A stretch of 64,000 nt of DNA from positions 26,846,001-26,910,000 of the forward strand of contig OZ024752.1 of assembly GCA_964016885.1 (NCBI GenBank), written 5' to 3'. Position numbers and translations under genes: made by a program. This DNA is from Eledone cirrhosa (taxonomy: Eukaryota). The notes beneath the pieces are model-generated. The model saw only the letters and a program-made list of their open reading frames with translations. It ran no database searches and was not told where the DNA came from. Below, piece after piece: positions 27,744 to 39,627 of this stretch (the stretch's first letter is position 1; each line of letters begins with the position of its first letter).

Positions 27744-29381
27744 AATTATGCAGACACTCAATATTTCAATGTTATTATCAACTGTCATTTCAGCAGAATA
27801 ATTTTATTGAGAACCTGTTTGGTTTTTATAGAGAATATTAAGAGGGAGGGGTGAAGTTTTTAGAAGAATAGTTAAGGGAGTGGATAGAGATTTTTTTGAT
27901 AGCAGTGAGAATTTTTGGTAGCAGTGAGTAATTAGATTCCCATCTGTTGTTTCGACATTTTTATAGAATACATTATTTGGCGTTGGTTATTTTTCTAAAT
28001 CTATAGAAGGATTAGAGATAGTAAAGATATGCATGGTTGGTTTTGTGTTTGCACTTAATTAACATACAGACTTAAATTTTTCTTTCAAGTGTACGTATCC
28101 GTTCGCCCACACATTCACACACAAACATATATGCACACCTCTACAAAATACATACACTCACATACACATACTTACATGCTCATACTTACATACATATATA
28201 TACCTGCACATATATATATATACATATATATACATATATATATGTACATACATACGCATTCATGTATATACATTTTCATACTCAACTTATCTTCATATAC
28301 ACACGTATAGGCACACACATATATACATACATAATCCTGTCTATGTGTATATATATATATATATATAAACACTTTAATACATGAATACACATACATCTAA
28401 CTATACACATCAAACATATATATATATTTACTTATTTATATACATTTTCGCATATATATACATACATATGGTCGCTTTTAGACACATTCATTATAGCATA
28501 TTCGCACCTATTCTCATCAGCATATCTTTCCATTATTGGTAATTTAAGGTTATTAATATACATATATATGTTGAGAAGAGATTGTTTTTATATTTTTCTA
28601 ACTAGATTGAGGTTTATATAGTTGGGGGGGGGGGGGGGATGTCCCTCTTTTATGTAATATTCAGCTTGTAGTGGGAAAAAAGGGTTTTAGTTCGGTGGCG
28701 GCAGAATAATGTTCGTTCAATTCTGTTATTAAGCAATTTCTTCTTGTGTGTGATTATGTAATACATCTCAAGATAACACAATTTGCAGAAATTTTGGCTC
28801 CTGGAAAAGCTTTGGGTTTTAGCTAATTTCCCCCATTTTAGGGTAAACTTTTGATCGTTATCCCTGAGCGTCCAAGCTTTTTCTGCTAAGGTTGTTACAT
28901 TTCTTTGGCTCTGGTGTTTTATTGAGTAAGAATGCCTATATAATCGAGATTTAAACGATGTTGCCGTTGATCCCACGTAATACCACTCGTTGCCTCCGGA
29001 TTCAATGGTACACTTATAGATGATATTTTTTTCCAGGCAGTTATTGCCAAGGGTGCAATTGTCAGGATAGGTGCAGTTACAGTTGTGTACGTTGGTTTTG
29101 TAGTTAGGTTTACTCTGGAGTAGTATTGCGGACGAACTTATTCTATAAAAATATCAAAACAACAGATGGGAATCTAATTACTCACTGCTACCAAAAATTC
29201 TCACTGCTATCAAAAAAATCTCTATCCACTCCCTTAACTATTCTTCTAAAAACTTCCAAAAATTCAAAAAATTCTCACTGCTATCAAAAAAATCTCTATC
29301 CACTCCCTTAACTATTCTTCTAAAAACTTCACCCCTCCCTCTTAATATTCTCTATAAAAACCAAACAGGTTCTCAATAAAA

Positions 29382-29502
29382 TTATTCTGCTGAAATGACA
29401 GTTGATAATAACATTGAAATATTGAGTGTCTGCATAATTAATACTTTGTAGATAGCAGCTGTTTTCAGGTTATGTAACTGTTATTGAAACACGTGTCAAT
29501 AA
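29382..29502 (+). ncRNA. Hammerhead-like motif with very long stem II, in inverted Penelope arm
   Basis: ttatt-CTGCTGA-aatgacagttg...taactgttatt-GAAA-cacgtg-TC-aataa. All three stems pair, but the core has C at A6. Confidence 0.6.
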
Positions 29503-29656
29503 ATTCCTTTTAACTGAACTGTATCCATTTAAATCCTTCTATTTTCTCCGGATTACTTTTGAAACTACAACTGGAACCGTCGAGCAAACTCTTCATGAGC
29601 TGTCCACCTACTGTGAGTAATATTCATATTACAACACTACGGAAAATACTATATAC

Positions 29657-29695
<39 letters not shown>

Positions 29696-29723
29696 TATAT
29701 ATACATATACATATACATATCAA

Positions 29724-29756
<33 letters not shown>

Positions 29757-29892
29757 TTAACGTCCATCTTCCACGCTTGCATGGGTTTGGGCGTATATAT
29801 ATATACATATATATATATACACACATATATATATATACATATATATACATATACATATATATACATATACATATATATATATACATATATAG

Positions 29893-29965
<73 letters not shown>

Positions 29966-30092
29966 TATATACATATATACATACATATATATTTTCCATG
30001 AGATAATGTCTTTAGATAAAAATTTTTATCTAAAGACATTTTTTCCAATTCCAACCCGCCTGTCCCCTTAATGTATCTTATTTCTCATTCTT

Positions 30093-30128
30093 TCTTCTGA
30101 TGAAGGACTAGTATCCGAAACGTTAAGA
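30093..30128 (+). ncRNA. Minimal type I hammerhead motif
   Basis: tctt-CTGATGA-a gga ctagta tcc-GAAA-cg-TT-aaga. Confidence 0.65.
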
Positions 30129-30215
30129 CGCTCTTCTTGCTATTTGAAGTGTTAACCTAATATATTATTTCCATATACTGTACGGATTGTGTTGCTATTT
30201 TTGTTGACCTTTTAC

Positions 30216-30260
<45 letters not shown>

Positions 30261-30456
30261 CATACATACATATATACATACATACATACATACAAACATA
30301 CATACATACATACATACATACATTCAAAATTTGCAAACCATTCTTGTGATTCAACGGATGACAATTTCTTTTCTTTTACAACCTTGCCACCAGGAAGGTG
30401 GGCGGTCAAAAAAATATACTCGAAATTAAGGGAAAGAGATAACATACATATATACA

Positions 30457-31343
30457 TGGTGGCTGCCAACTCGTTTTCGAGTATGGCCATCTCTCCCGGT
30501 GATTTTGGATGGCCATTGACTCTTAAGAGCTCCTTTGCCCTTTGACAGGTTTTGTTTTTAGTCCTGCAGGATGTCCAAAGTCACCCTCCTCACCAAGAAA
30601 CCTTGGTGGGGTTGCCAGTTTAGTCGCCAACGACCCGACCATGAGCCAGGTTTTACTGGGATACATGTTACCAGTAGCACCAACTGGTGACCTGACATAC
30701 ATATATATATATATATATATATATGGTGGCTGCCAACTCGTTTTCGAGTACGGCCACTACTTTATATCCATGTAGGAGAACCCCTACTGATGCGCTGAAC
30801 GAGTGTGACTTTTTAGTCCAGCCAGCGACTTGAACACTCTGGTACAAACACTACACTTGTGACAATTATTGATACATAGTGCTGGGCCCATGGTACCATG
30901 TGACGACAAGTGCAGAGAGATCTTCAGATATAAAGCAATACCTGTGCCGTGAAGCTTTTATAGTGAGCAAAGGCACTGCACAAAGCCAGTCCCACTCTCT
31001 TAACCAAGATGATATTTACCAAAATGAAGAACAAGTCAACATCATTGGATACCATCAGGCTTGCAGGTGCTATATCAGAGTTTTCCTTCTAGAATTCTGC
31101 CTTGACAAAGGCTAAGGGGTCATCTCTCCCGGTGATTTTGGATGGCTATTGACTCTTAAGAGCTCCTTTGCCCTTTTACAGGTTTTGTTTTTAGTCCTGC
31201 AGGATGTCCAAAGTCACCCTCCTCACCAAGAAACCTTGGTGGGGTTGCCAGTTTAGTCGCCAACGACCCGACCATGAGACAGGTTGCACTGGGATACATG
31301 TTACCAGTAGCACCAACTGGCGACCTGACATACATATATATAT

Positions 31344-31401
<58 letters not shown>

Positions 31402-31745
31402 ATGATGGCTGCCCCCTCGTTATCAAGTATGGCCATTGCACGATATACCATTATTAATAATAATTAATTAATTCTATCGTGCAATGCCTGTGCGTGAAGA
31501 TATTTTTTTAAGTGACGAAAGACTGTGCACTGAGCCAATCCCACTCTCTGAGCGACAGTAGCTAGAACCCGAAAAGAAGAAAAGATCAACATCATCAGTA
31601 ACTACTGAGCCACAGGTTTTATATCGGAGTTATCCCAGTTTCCTGAGTTGCCTTCTCCTACAAGAATGCCCTGAGAAAGGCTAGGGGTCCTTCACTCCCA
31701 CTGGTTTAACCGCGCGATCAGGTGTCCAGCCCGACTATTTCTATG
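30457..31745 (-). mobile_element. Cluster of three short RTE-related elements (30457-30697, 30723-31330, 31400-31745)
   Basis: Each begins on the plus strand with at(g)gtggctgcc/atgatggctgcc (RTE 3' end); the first two share a ~210-bp head; separated by (TA)n. Confidence 0.75.
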
Positions 31746-31827
31746 TCCCTGCACATATACATACAAATGCACCCATACATGTATATATATATATACATAC
31801 ATACATACATACATATATATACATACA

Positions 31828-31916
<89 letters not shown>

Positions 31917-31923
31917 ATATATA

Positions 31924-32262
31924 GGAGGCACATGGCTTAGTGGTTAGAGCATTGGCCTTGCAATTGAAAGGTTGTGAGTTCAATTCTCAGACCAGATGAT
32001 GTGTTGTTTCCTTGAGCAAGACACTTTATTTCACATTGCTCCAGTTTACTCAGCTGTAGAAATGAGAAGACAGTGACTCGGGTCCATATCATTCCATTGC
32101 AAAGTGGTTGTGGAGGTGTAAAAAAGCACACAGCACTCACTATAAATGAGGGTGGTGTTAGGAAGGGCATCCAGCTGTAGAAATCAAGCCAGAATCAGTT
32201 CCCGTCCCTACCTTGCAAGCAGGGAAAAAGCGGACGTAAAATGAAATGATAGAAATGATGAT
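31924..32262 (+). mobile_element. tRNA-derived SINE family B (CORE-like, LINE-derived tail)
   Basis: tggcttagtggttag box A, gagttcaattc box B, ccttgagcaagacacttta core, aggaagggcatccagc tail, (aatg)n. Confidence 0.85.
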
Positions 32263-32265
32263 ATA

Positions 32266-33553
32266 TGATGGCTGCAAACTCATGCTTAAGCATTGCCATC
32301 ACCTGATAAAATGTTCAAAAATGTGAGGCACGAATGTGGCTCTTTAAACTAACCAAAGACTTGCACCCTCTGGCACATACATGACAACGGTAGGGTCCTC
32401 CGGGACTTTCCATTGCTTTGTTCTGGCTGTGTGTTCTCATATGTCTTTTAAGCCCTTCCACGCTAACACATTCCTTGCCACATTCCTTACACCTTTTCAG
32501 ATCATAATCTACATGAGGTCTACTGATATGACATTGTTCGTGTCTAGTCAAACCAGCTTTACTCAGGCAGACTCGACCACAGTGTTGGCAAACCAGATGA
32601 TGTTCAACAGCAGGCAGTTCAGAACAGTCTCTCAGGTGTTCTCTCCAATGAGTTTCAAAGAGTTCACTACCTGACTTGATCAAATGTCTCCACTTCACTC
32701 GCTCCTCAGCCATTTTCTCCCATTCATCAGATTAAATTCCAACACAAGCCAAGGTGTCCCTGACACAGTCCCGGTACCACATTTTTAGTTTGTGTGGTGG
32801 TCTCCTTCTCTCACACAGTTCTTCGTAGAGCAGTTGCTTTGGAATGCGATCATCAGACATCCGCACCACGTGTCCACACCACCTCAACCGATGCCGAAAG
32901 ATGCTCTCTATAGTCACGCACCTGCTCTGTTCAAGAACTTCAAAATCCCTGGCGAACATTTTCCATTGCACCACAAGTAACTTACGAATAGATTGTTGGT
33001 AAAATCTCTCCACTTCCTTGAGGTGCTTTCTGTATGTGGCCCACGATTCACAAGCATAAAGCAAAGAGAAGACGACACAAGTCACTTTCACCTTGGTTTC
33101 GATAGTGATACCTTGTCGGGACCATAGATGTTCATGCAGCATCACTGTCCAAAAGCATCACTGGCTTTCTTGATTCTTAAGGATATTTCATCACCAAATG
33201 TGCATGAATTGTTCAATGTACTACCAAGGTAAGCAAACTTGTCAACAACTTTTAGCCTCTTTCTGTACACATACACACTTGGTGTATTGTACTCTTTTCC
33301 AGATGCTGGCTGATACATCACAACAGTCTTTTCCAAGCTTATTGTGAGGCCCAAAGAGCTGCAAGATTCAGAAAAAGAGTTCATAATATGCTGCATGTCA
33401 CTTTGAGCGTGTGCAAAAAGATAAAAAGATTGCAGTCATCTGCATACAAAAACTCTTGGATTATAGATGTTAATACCTTCGTGCATGCACCAAAGCGCCT
33501 GATGTTGAACAACCTTTCCGAAGTGCTATACCTCATGTAAATTCCATGCGAAC
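32266..33553 (-). mobile_element. 5'-truncated RTE-clade LINE with C-terminal C2H2 fingers
   Basis: FLYADD, GLTISLEKT, FAYLGS, LLYACESW, RLRWCGHVVRM..RIPKQLLY, then three CxxC..H...H motifs. Confidence 0.9.
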
Positions 33554-33680
33554 AATATATATATATTTATATACATACATATATATAATCATCATCATCA
33601 TCTTTTAATGTCCATCTTCCACACTAGTATATACATACACACACACATATATATATATACATTATTATATATATATATAG

Positions 33681-33867
33681 GGCGGTGGATTGGCAGTATC
33701 GGTAGAGAGTCGGACGTCATGCTTTCCAGCATAGTTACGTCCCTTTACGATCTGAGTTCAAATCCTGCCGAGGTTGACTTTGCCTTTCATCCTTACGGGG
33801 TCGATAAAATAAAGTACCAGTAACGCACTGGATAATTGCTGGCCTTGTGCCTAAAGTAGAAACAATT
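33681..33867 (+). mobile_element. SINE A
   Basis: Full-length match. Confidence 0.9.
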
Positions 33868-33887
33868 ATATATATATAAACATGTAT

Positions 33888-34230
33888 GGAGGCACATGGC
33901 TTAGTGGTTAGAGCATTGGCCTTGCAATCGAAAGGTTGTGAGTTCAATTCTCAGACCGGGTGATGTGTTGTTTCCTTGAGCAAGACACTTTATTTCACAT
34001 TGCTCCAGTTTACTCAGCTGTAGAAATGAGATGATAGGGACTGGGTTCCCTATTATTCCACTGCAAAGTGGACGTGTAGGCGCCACGGCAAAAAAGCACC
34101 CAGCACTCACTGTAAATGAGGTTGGTGTTAGGAAGGGCATCCAGCTATAGAAATCAAGCCAGAATCAGCTCCCGTCCCACCCTTGCAAGCAGGGAAAAGC
34201 GGACGTAAAATGAAATGAATGAATGAATGA
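33888..34230 (+). mobile_element. SINE family B; older relatives at 55510-55720 and 60313-60630
   Basis: Near-identical to the 31924 copy. Confidence 0.85.
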
Positions 34231-34302
34231 AACATATATATGTATGTGTATGTACAGCATTTTTTTTTTATTAACTATTGTGTAAAAATATAAGACACTC
34301 AC

Positions 34303-34444
34303 CTGCACGTTCTTTTATACTTTTGTGCTCGTGGTGGTTCATCTAATATAATAGCATGTAACTGGCGTGACCATATTCTGGAACATTGTCTTACTGTGCC
34401 ATTTACTTGTGTGTTGGAAAGACATCTTGAATTTTGTGCATACA
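34303..34444 (-). CDS. Internal exon of a host gene (Cys-rich ectodomain): xYAQNSRCLSNTQVNGTVRQCSRIWSRQLHAIILDEPPRAQKYKRTC(R)
   Basis: Minus strand ...atttag| acceptor and CAG|gtgagt donor; 142 nt, open, phase 1 in and phase 2 out. AG+A splices in frame to exon 25962. Contains an NGT sequon. Non-repetitive sequence. Confidence 0.85.
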
Positions 34445-34994
34445 CTAAATATTTCCCACAATATATGCATATAAAGTAGGAGAAATAAAGGAAAAATTAA
34501 TGCCATTATTATACTTAGAATGTGAACAAATTTTAGTGTTTGGGATTCAATGCTAAATAGTATTTAGCAAGATTCTTTGGTATTTCTGATTTCGACTTAC
34601 TCTGGACTTTGCTTTTCTACTTCCGAATTTAATAATATAAATGAGGAATTAGGTTCAATTTAAATGATTTGTTTCATTTTCCATCAAATGTCTAGGGTTG
34701 TGCTAAATGTTAGAAATCCATATTATATGTATATAACAAATACGAGAGACAGTTTTATTCGTACATCTTCATTTTATTATCTAGTTCATTACAAACTAGA
34801 TAATAAATTGAAGATGTATGAATAAAACTATCTCCCTTATTTATTATATACATCTCTCTAAAGCTCTGGACAATTCATTACGGAGAAAATCCGAAGGAAC
34901 AAAAACCTTGGAGTGCTTTACTTCTGTTTAATATCAAGTCGGCAGATTTTTGTTCAACCAACTTTCTTCAACTGTATATATATATATATATATA

Positions 34995-35147
34995 TTATTA
35001 GAAATGTAAGCTATCGCCGTATTTTGACTAAAGAAATTAAAGAAATTATTTAGCCTGATAGTGGGGTTCTTAACCTCACTATCAGGCTAAATAATTTCTT
35101 TAATTTCTTCAGTCAAAATACGGCGATAGCTTACATTTCTAATAATT
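34995..35147. repeat. Near-perfect ~75-bp-arm palindrome
   Basis: attattagaaatgtaagctatcgccg...gtggggtt ctt aacctcac...cggcgatagcttacatttctaataat. Confidence 0.92.
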
Positions 35148-36689
35148 TCAAACCCACTCGCTGTTTCGAAAATATTCTTAATATATATATATATATATAA
35201 TTGGTGTTGGATGCTTAAATTGTCCATATGCGGTAGGCCGTATAAGCACTCGGTGCTCTCATACAGCAGAGTATGAAATTACAGAAAAAAAGAGAATCAG
35301 TGTTGCGACAAATGGAATTTATTGGACATATTACAATCGTTTCTCTGGCGACCAGCTCGAGGCACGATCGATGTGCTGATCGAACCTGACTCTGAAAATT
35401 GCAAGGTCCTCAGATACATCTTGATTCTATGAAGCAGATTTTCCTTGCGATTTTAAGAGTCAGGTTCGATCATCACATCGATCGAGCCTCGAGCTGGTCG
35501 CCAGAGAAATTATTGTAATATGTCCAATAAATTCTATTTGTCGCAACACTGATTCTATTTTTTTTGTGGTATACATAGATATATGTAGAAAAGGCTTAAA
35601 AGAAGAAAGGTACTGAACAGTAAAACACAACACATAAAGACATCGAAGGATAGAATCAGAATTTGCAGAATATGATAAAATCAGCTTTTTGATTACTTTG
35701 TATTTTTGATTTACATTTTGCAAACATTTTTGCATCATTATTCCACTTTTACTTCAGACACGATCCATAAATTCTTGCGTAATGTAAACATAATATCATT
35801 CATATTAGATAATGGATTCTGAAGTGTCACTCACACAACCTCCAACCAATAGGCTCTAAAAGTGTCTCTTCATATAGCATAGGATACACAACGTAATGTT
35901 TGCTCATTCTGAAACTACACTAATGCTAGAATTTAAAATTTGGTATTCGGAACTATAATAAAACAGCCTTCAGTTATAAAACTCTCTCACTATTTCACTT
36001 CCTCATACAAATCCATAGCTAAATGTTCCAATTCTGTAAAATACCTTAGTCTGTCCTGGCAACATTTTAATTCTATTTTTCAATGTCCCTGTGAATTTGA
36101 AATCGTTTAAATATATGATATATCGGTAAAATCTGTTGCAATAGCTTCCATAATATATATTTTTAAAGGTTGATATTAAGAAATGATGGGCCAATACTTC
36201 AAAGAATATATCTTCAAAGGATAAAACACAAATTAGAACATAATCAATAGACATATTTAATGGAGTGCAGGGCAGGTGTTGGTGAGAAAAGTAGATAAGT
36301 TTATTGGGTGCAGGATTACACTTCGCTGTTTTACCAAATATTCTCATCACCCACATCACATCAATCTTTGCATATTTACAATCACCAAAAATCGCATCCG
36401 CATTAACAATATCTTACAGCGCAGTACCATATATGAGCTAACAATAAATGATCTACTTGATCACTAGATTTGCTAGAATAAAAAATAAAACTACAAAAAT
36501 CTTTCTCAAATAAGTCATAATCAAATCATAAAAGAAATGACATGATAGATATTCTACTATTAAATAAAAACACATCAGATGGACATGCTATGACGAGAAT
36601 GCCTTTAATCACAGTTCTACTCGATCAAATTTGAGCTGGGACTAAACAGCAACAACAATGCCCACAGTGCACCACATCTCACAACATTA

Positions 36690-36880
36690 CAGAGTAGACT
36701 ACACTAAACAACAACACACTAGAAAATACTTCACAAAACACCAACTTACCCTTGTAGACTTCACCACAAAGATGCTACATCATACTACACTAAACAACAA
36801 CAGACTAGAAAATACTTCACAAAACACCAACTTACCCTTGTAGACTTCACCACAAAGATGCTACATCATACTACACTAAA
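36690..36880. repeat. ~87-bp tandem duplication
   Basis: actagaaaatacttcacaaaacaccaacttacccttgtagac... occurs twice. Confidence 0.85.
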
Positions 36881-37656
36881 CCACAACACATGAGAAAATC
36901 CTTCCCACAATGTACCATTATATCCTTCTGCAACTTACCATTATATCCTTCACCACAAAGATATCCGAAACCTTTCTGAAACATATCCCAAGATATCATA
37001 TTTTCTATTTGACAGTGTTCCATCCAAGGTTTCTTATTCTCTATACATTCTTTTACTTTGTCCATTTTCCTGCACAGTATAGAAAAGATATCGTCATCAA
37101 AAGCAACAGCAATATTATTTTTATTTATATATATTAATACATACTCATGCATACAAACATAGATACATGTATGTACATATACTGGGCAAATAAAAAACAA
37201 ATGGCACCATTTTTATTTTTGACAGATAATGATGAAACTTTGAATATCCTTAGTTCAAACCATTAAAAACAACATAGCACTTCACTACTTTCTAATAATT
37301 CTGCCCAGAGTTACTGCACATGTTCCAAGGATTAGCTTCTCCTTTGCAGCAATTGTTTTCGGCTCTGTTCAACAGACTCTGAGACTACATCAAATACTTC
37401 TTGGGTCACCAAGAGTGGATAGGATGGACCTTAGACATTGTATTGAGGTTCTCCACTGTTTCATAGTTTTCAAACTTCCTCAACCAGTTATTTCTATTGG
37501 CTTTTGAGGGAGATTTATTCATTCCAATGCATGCAATTGCTACTTGAACTGCTTCTATGAGCCACACTTAGAGTAGTATTTCACAGAGAAAATTTGGTGC
37601 TACAGCTCGTATTGTTGTCTTCACACACGTTGTATCAGCCATGTCCTGAAATTTAA

Positions 37657-37877
37657 CCCTTTAACATTTACATTACTCTATATTTACAATTGTATTTTTG
37701 TGGTAAATGCTTTACCTCATATAATTATCTCACATAATATCGAATCTATGAGATTTTGATATTATTTATTTTGAGAACAATAACTTAACATAAGTATGAG
37801 CAGCCAGTTACAGACAGTTTAAACAGAAAGAGGTAAGATAATCCTGGCCGGATATGGCTGGTTTAAATGCTAATGGA
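37657..37877. mobile_element. piggyBac-like MITE
   Basis: TTAA-ccctttaacattta...taaatgctaatgga-TTAA. Confidence 0.55.
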
Positions 37878-37889
37878 TTAAGGTTGACC

Positions 37890-39627
37890 AAATTAGTTGT
37901 GACAGTGAAGTTGAGAATTTCTTATCAGAGCGTTTAAAAGTATGTTTGCTGTATTCTGGGTTAGATTCATAGTCGTTGAGTAAGAGAGCTTGACTGTATG
38001 TCTGTTAAAAATGCAATGGTATTTGTGGGATTTAGGAAAACATTTATCTAGAGCTCTAAAGAATTGGTGAGATATATATAGCAAAAATTAATAATAGAAA
38101 TCTAAAAATAAACCAAACTGAAATAAACCCAAATAACAATAATAATATAATTAATAACATTAGCAATAATACCTGAATAATAGTACTAGATCTTCAAGTA
38201 ACAATATAAGAACATGTAATTGCAGGAATAATATCTCTTGCCTGCTAGAGAATAATTGCTTAGGTAGTAATTTATTATATAAATGCGCAATTAAAACTAA
38301 AGATAAACTGTATAATTATATAGGGGCCACTAAATCAAAATTTAAGGAGCGCTGGTATAATCACAAACATGCTTTTAAACACTCTGGTAAGAAATTCTAA
38401 ACTTCACTGACAGAACTAATTTGGTATTTAAAAGACAATAACAGATTATTCAATCGCATACCAAAATTCTTCAATTTCCAAAGTTTGTCATCTTTGTACA
38501 GAAGAAATATTTCATATAATTACCAATCCTCAAAAAGAAAGATATTTAATTCTTGTTTGCATAGATTTTCCAAAACTTTTCATTATCTCTATAAATGTTC
38601 TTTAACCATTTAACCATTTATATGGTGCTTTGAAATCTTATCTAAGTTGTTTATTTACAATAAAAATAATAATTAATATTATAGGACCTAATAGATCGAA
38701 GCACATCTTATTCAATGTTTATCGAAAACATACCTTGAATACAATTATATATACCTTATATAATTTAGAGTTATTTCCTCATAGTTGTTTACATAGATAA
38801 CATTGATAAATACGTTATATACTTACTCATATAATTATTATTATAATTAACCATATACATTAGTAGCTTATAATTTACTACAATACAATACATTTTTTTT
38901 ATATAACCAATATAATTAGATTCTCAGTCTTAAAATATATGTTAAAATATATATCATATCTAAAGTTACAAGATTCTTCTACGCTGATGTGTGTATATAT
39001 ATATTTATATATATATATATATATATATGCATATATATGTGTGTGTGTGTGTGTGTGAGTGTGTACATCTGTGTGGGTGTATGTGTATATATATATATAT
39101 ATACATAATTCTACACTAATATTTCACCCTTTAACAACAACCACACGACCAATATAAATATGCTATTTTTCAAAATTTATCTAGCGTCCGTAATAATTGT
39201 TTCTACTTTTGGCACAAGGCCAGCAATTACCCAGTGCATTACTGGTACTTTATTTTATCGACCCCGTAAGGATGAAAGGCAAAGTTAACCTCGGCGGGAT
39301 TTGAACTCAGAATGGCAAGGGCCGTAACTCTATGCGTCAAAGCATGGCGTCCGACCCTCTACCGATACTGCCAATCCACCGCCTTTCTAGCGTCAATAAT
39401 AATGGTCCTTTTCTGTTTTAATGTATCCTTGTTAACTTATATCCCTTGTGATTTTGAACTTTTACCTCACTGCCGTAAGAGAGCTTATACTATTAAGTCT
39501 ACGCTAAGGTATGTCAATATCTTAACACCAAAAGTTTGTTTCATCTGATGATAGTACACTAAAATTTTGTGTCCATGAAATACCTATAATAAAATAAATA
39601 TGGTATTATAAAGATATTTTACATTTA

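Larger units (their letters stand above)
27445..29650 (-). mobile_element. 5'-truncated Penelope with inverted terminal arms
   Basis: GIY-YIG coding at 28650-29100 (YVGSTATSFKSRLYRH...CKLCYLE...CRHR). 27445-27970 is the inverted copy of 29139-29542. Confidence 0.85.

Noticed and set aside
31924-31995. tRNA genes at SINE heads
   Set aside because: Box A/B present but continuous with SINE bodies; no convincing cloverleaf.
20883-34444. Calling the host gene LAMP2
   Set aside because: Only the exon architecture is analogous; the ectodomain is not LAMP-like and the tails lack a terminal GYxxPhi.
35834-35908. Candidate phase-1 exon MSKHYVVYPMLYEETLLEPIGWRL with gtgagt donor
   Set aside because: Weak acceptor and no fit to the Cys-rich pattern; cannot be supported without transcripts.
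37300-37650. Coding-looking stretch after tttcag (-)
   Set aside because: Multiple stops; more likely a decayed DNA-transposon fragment.
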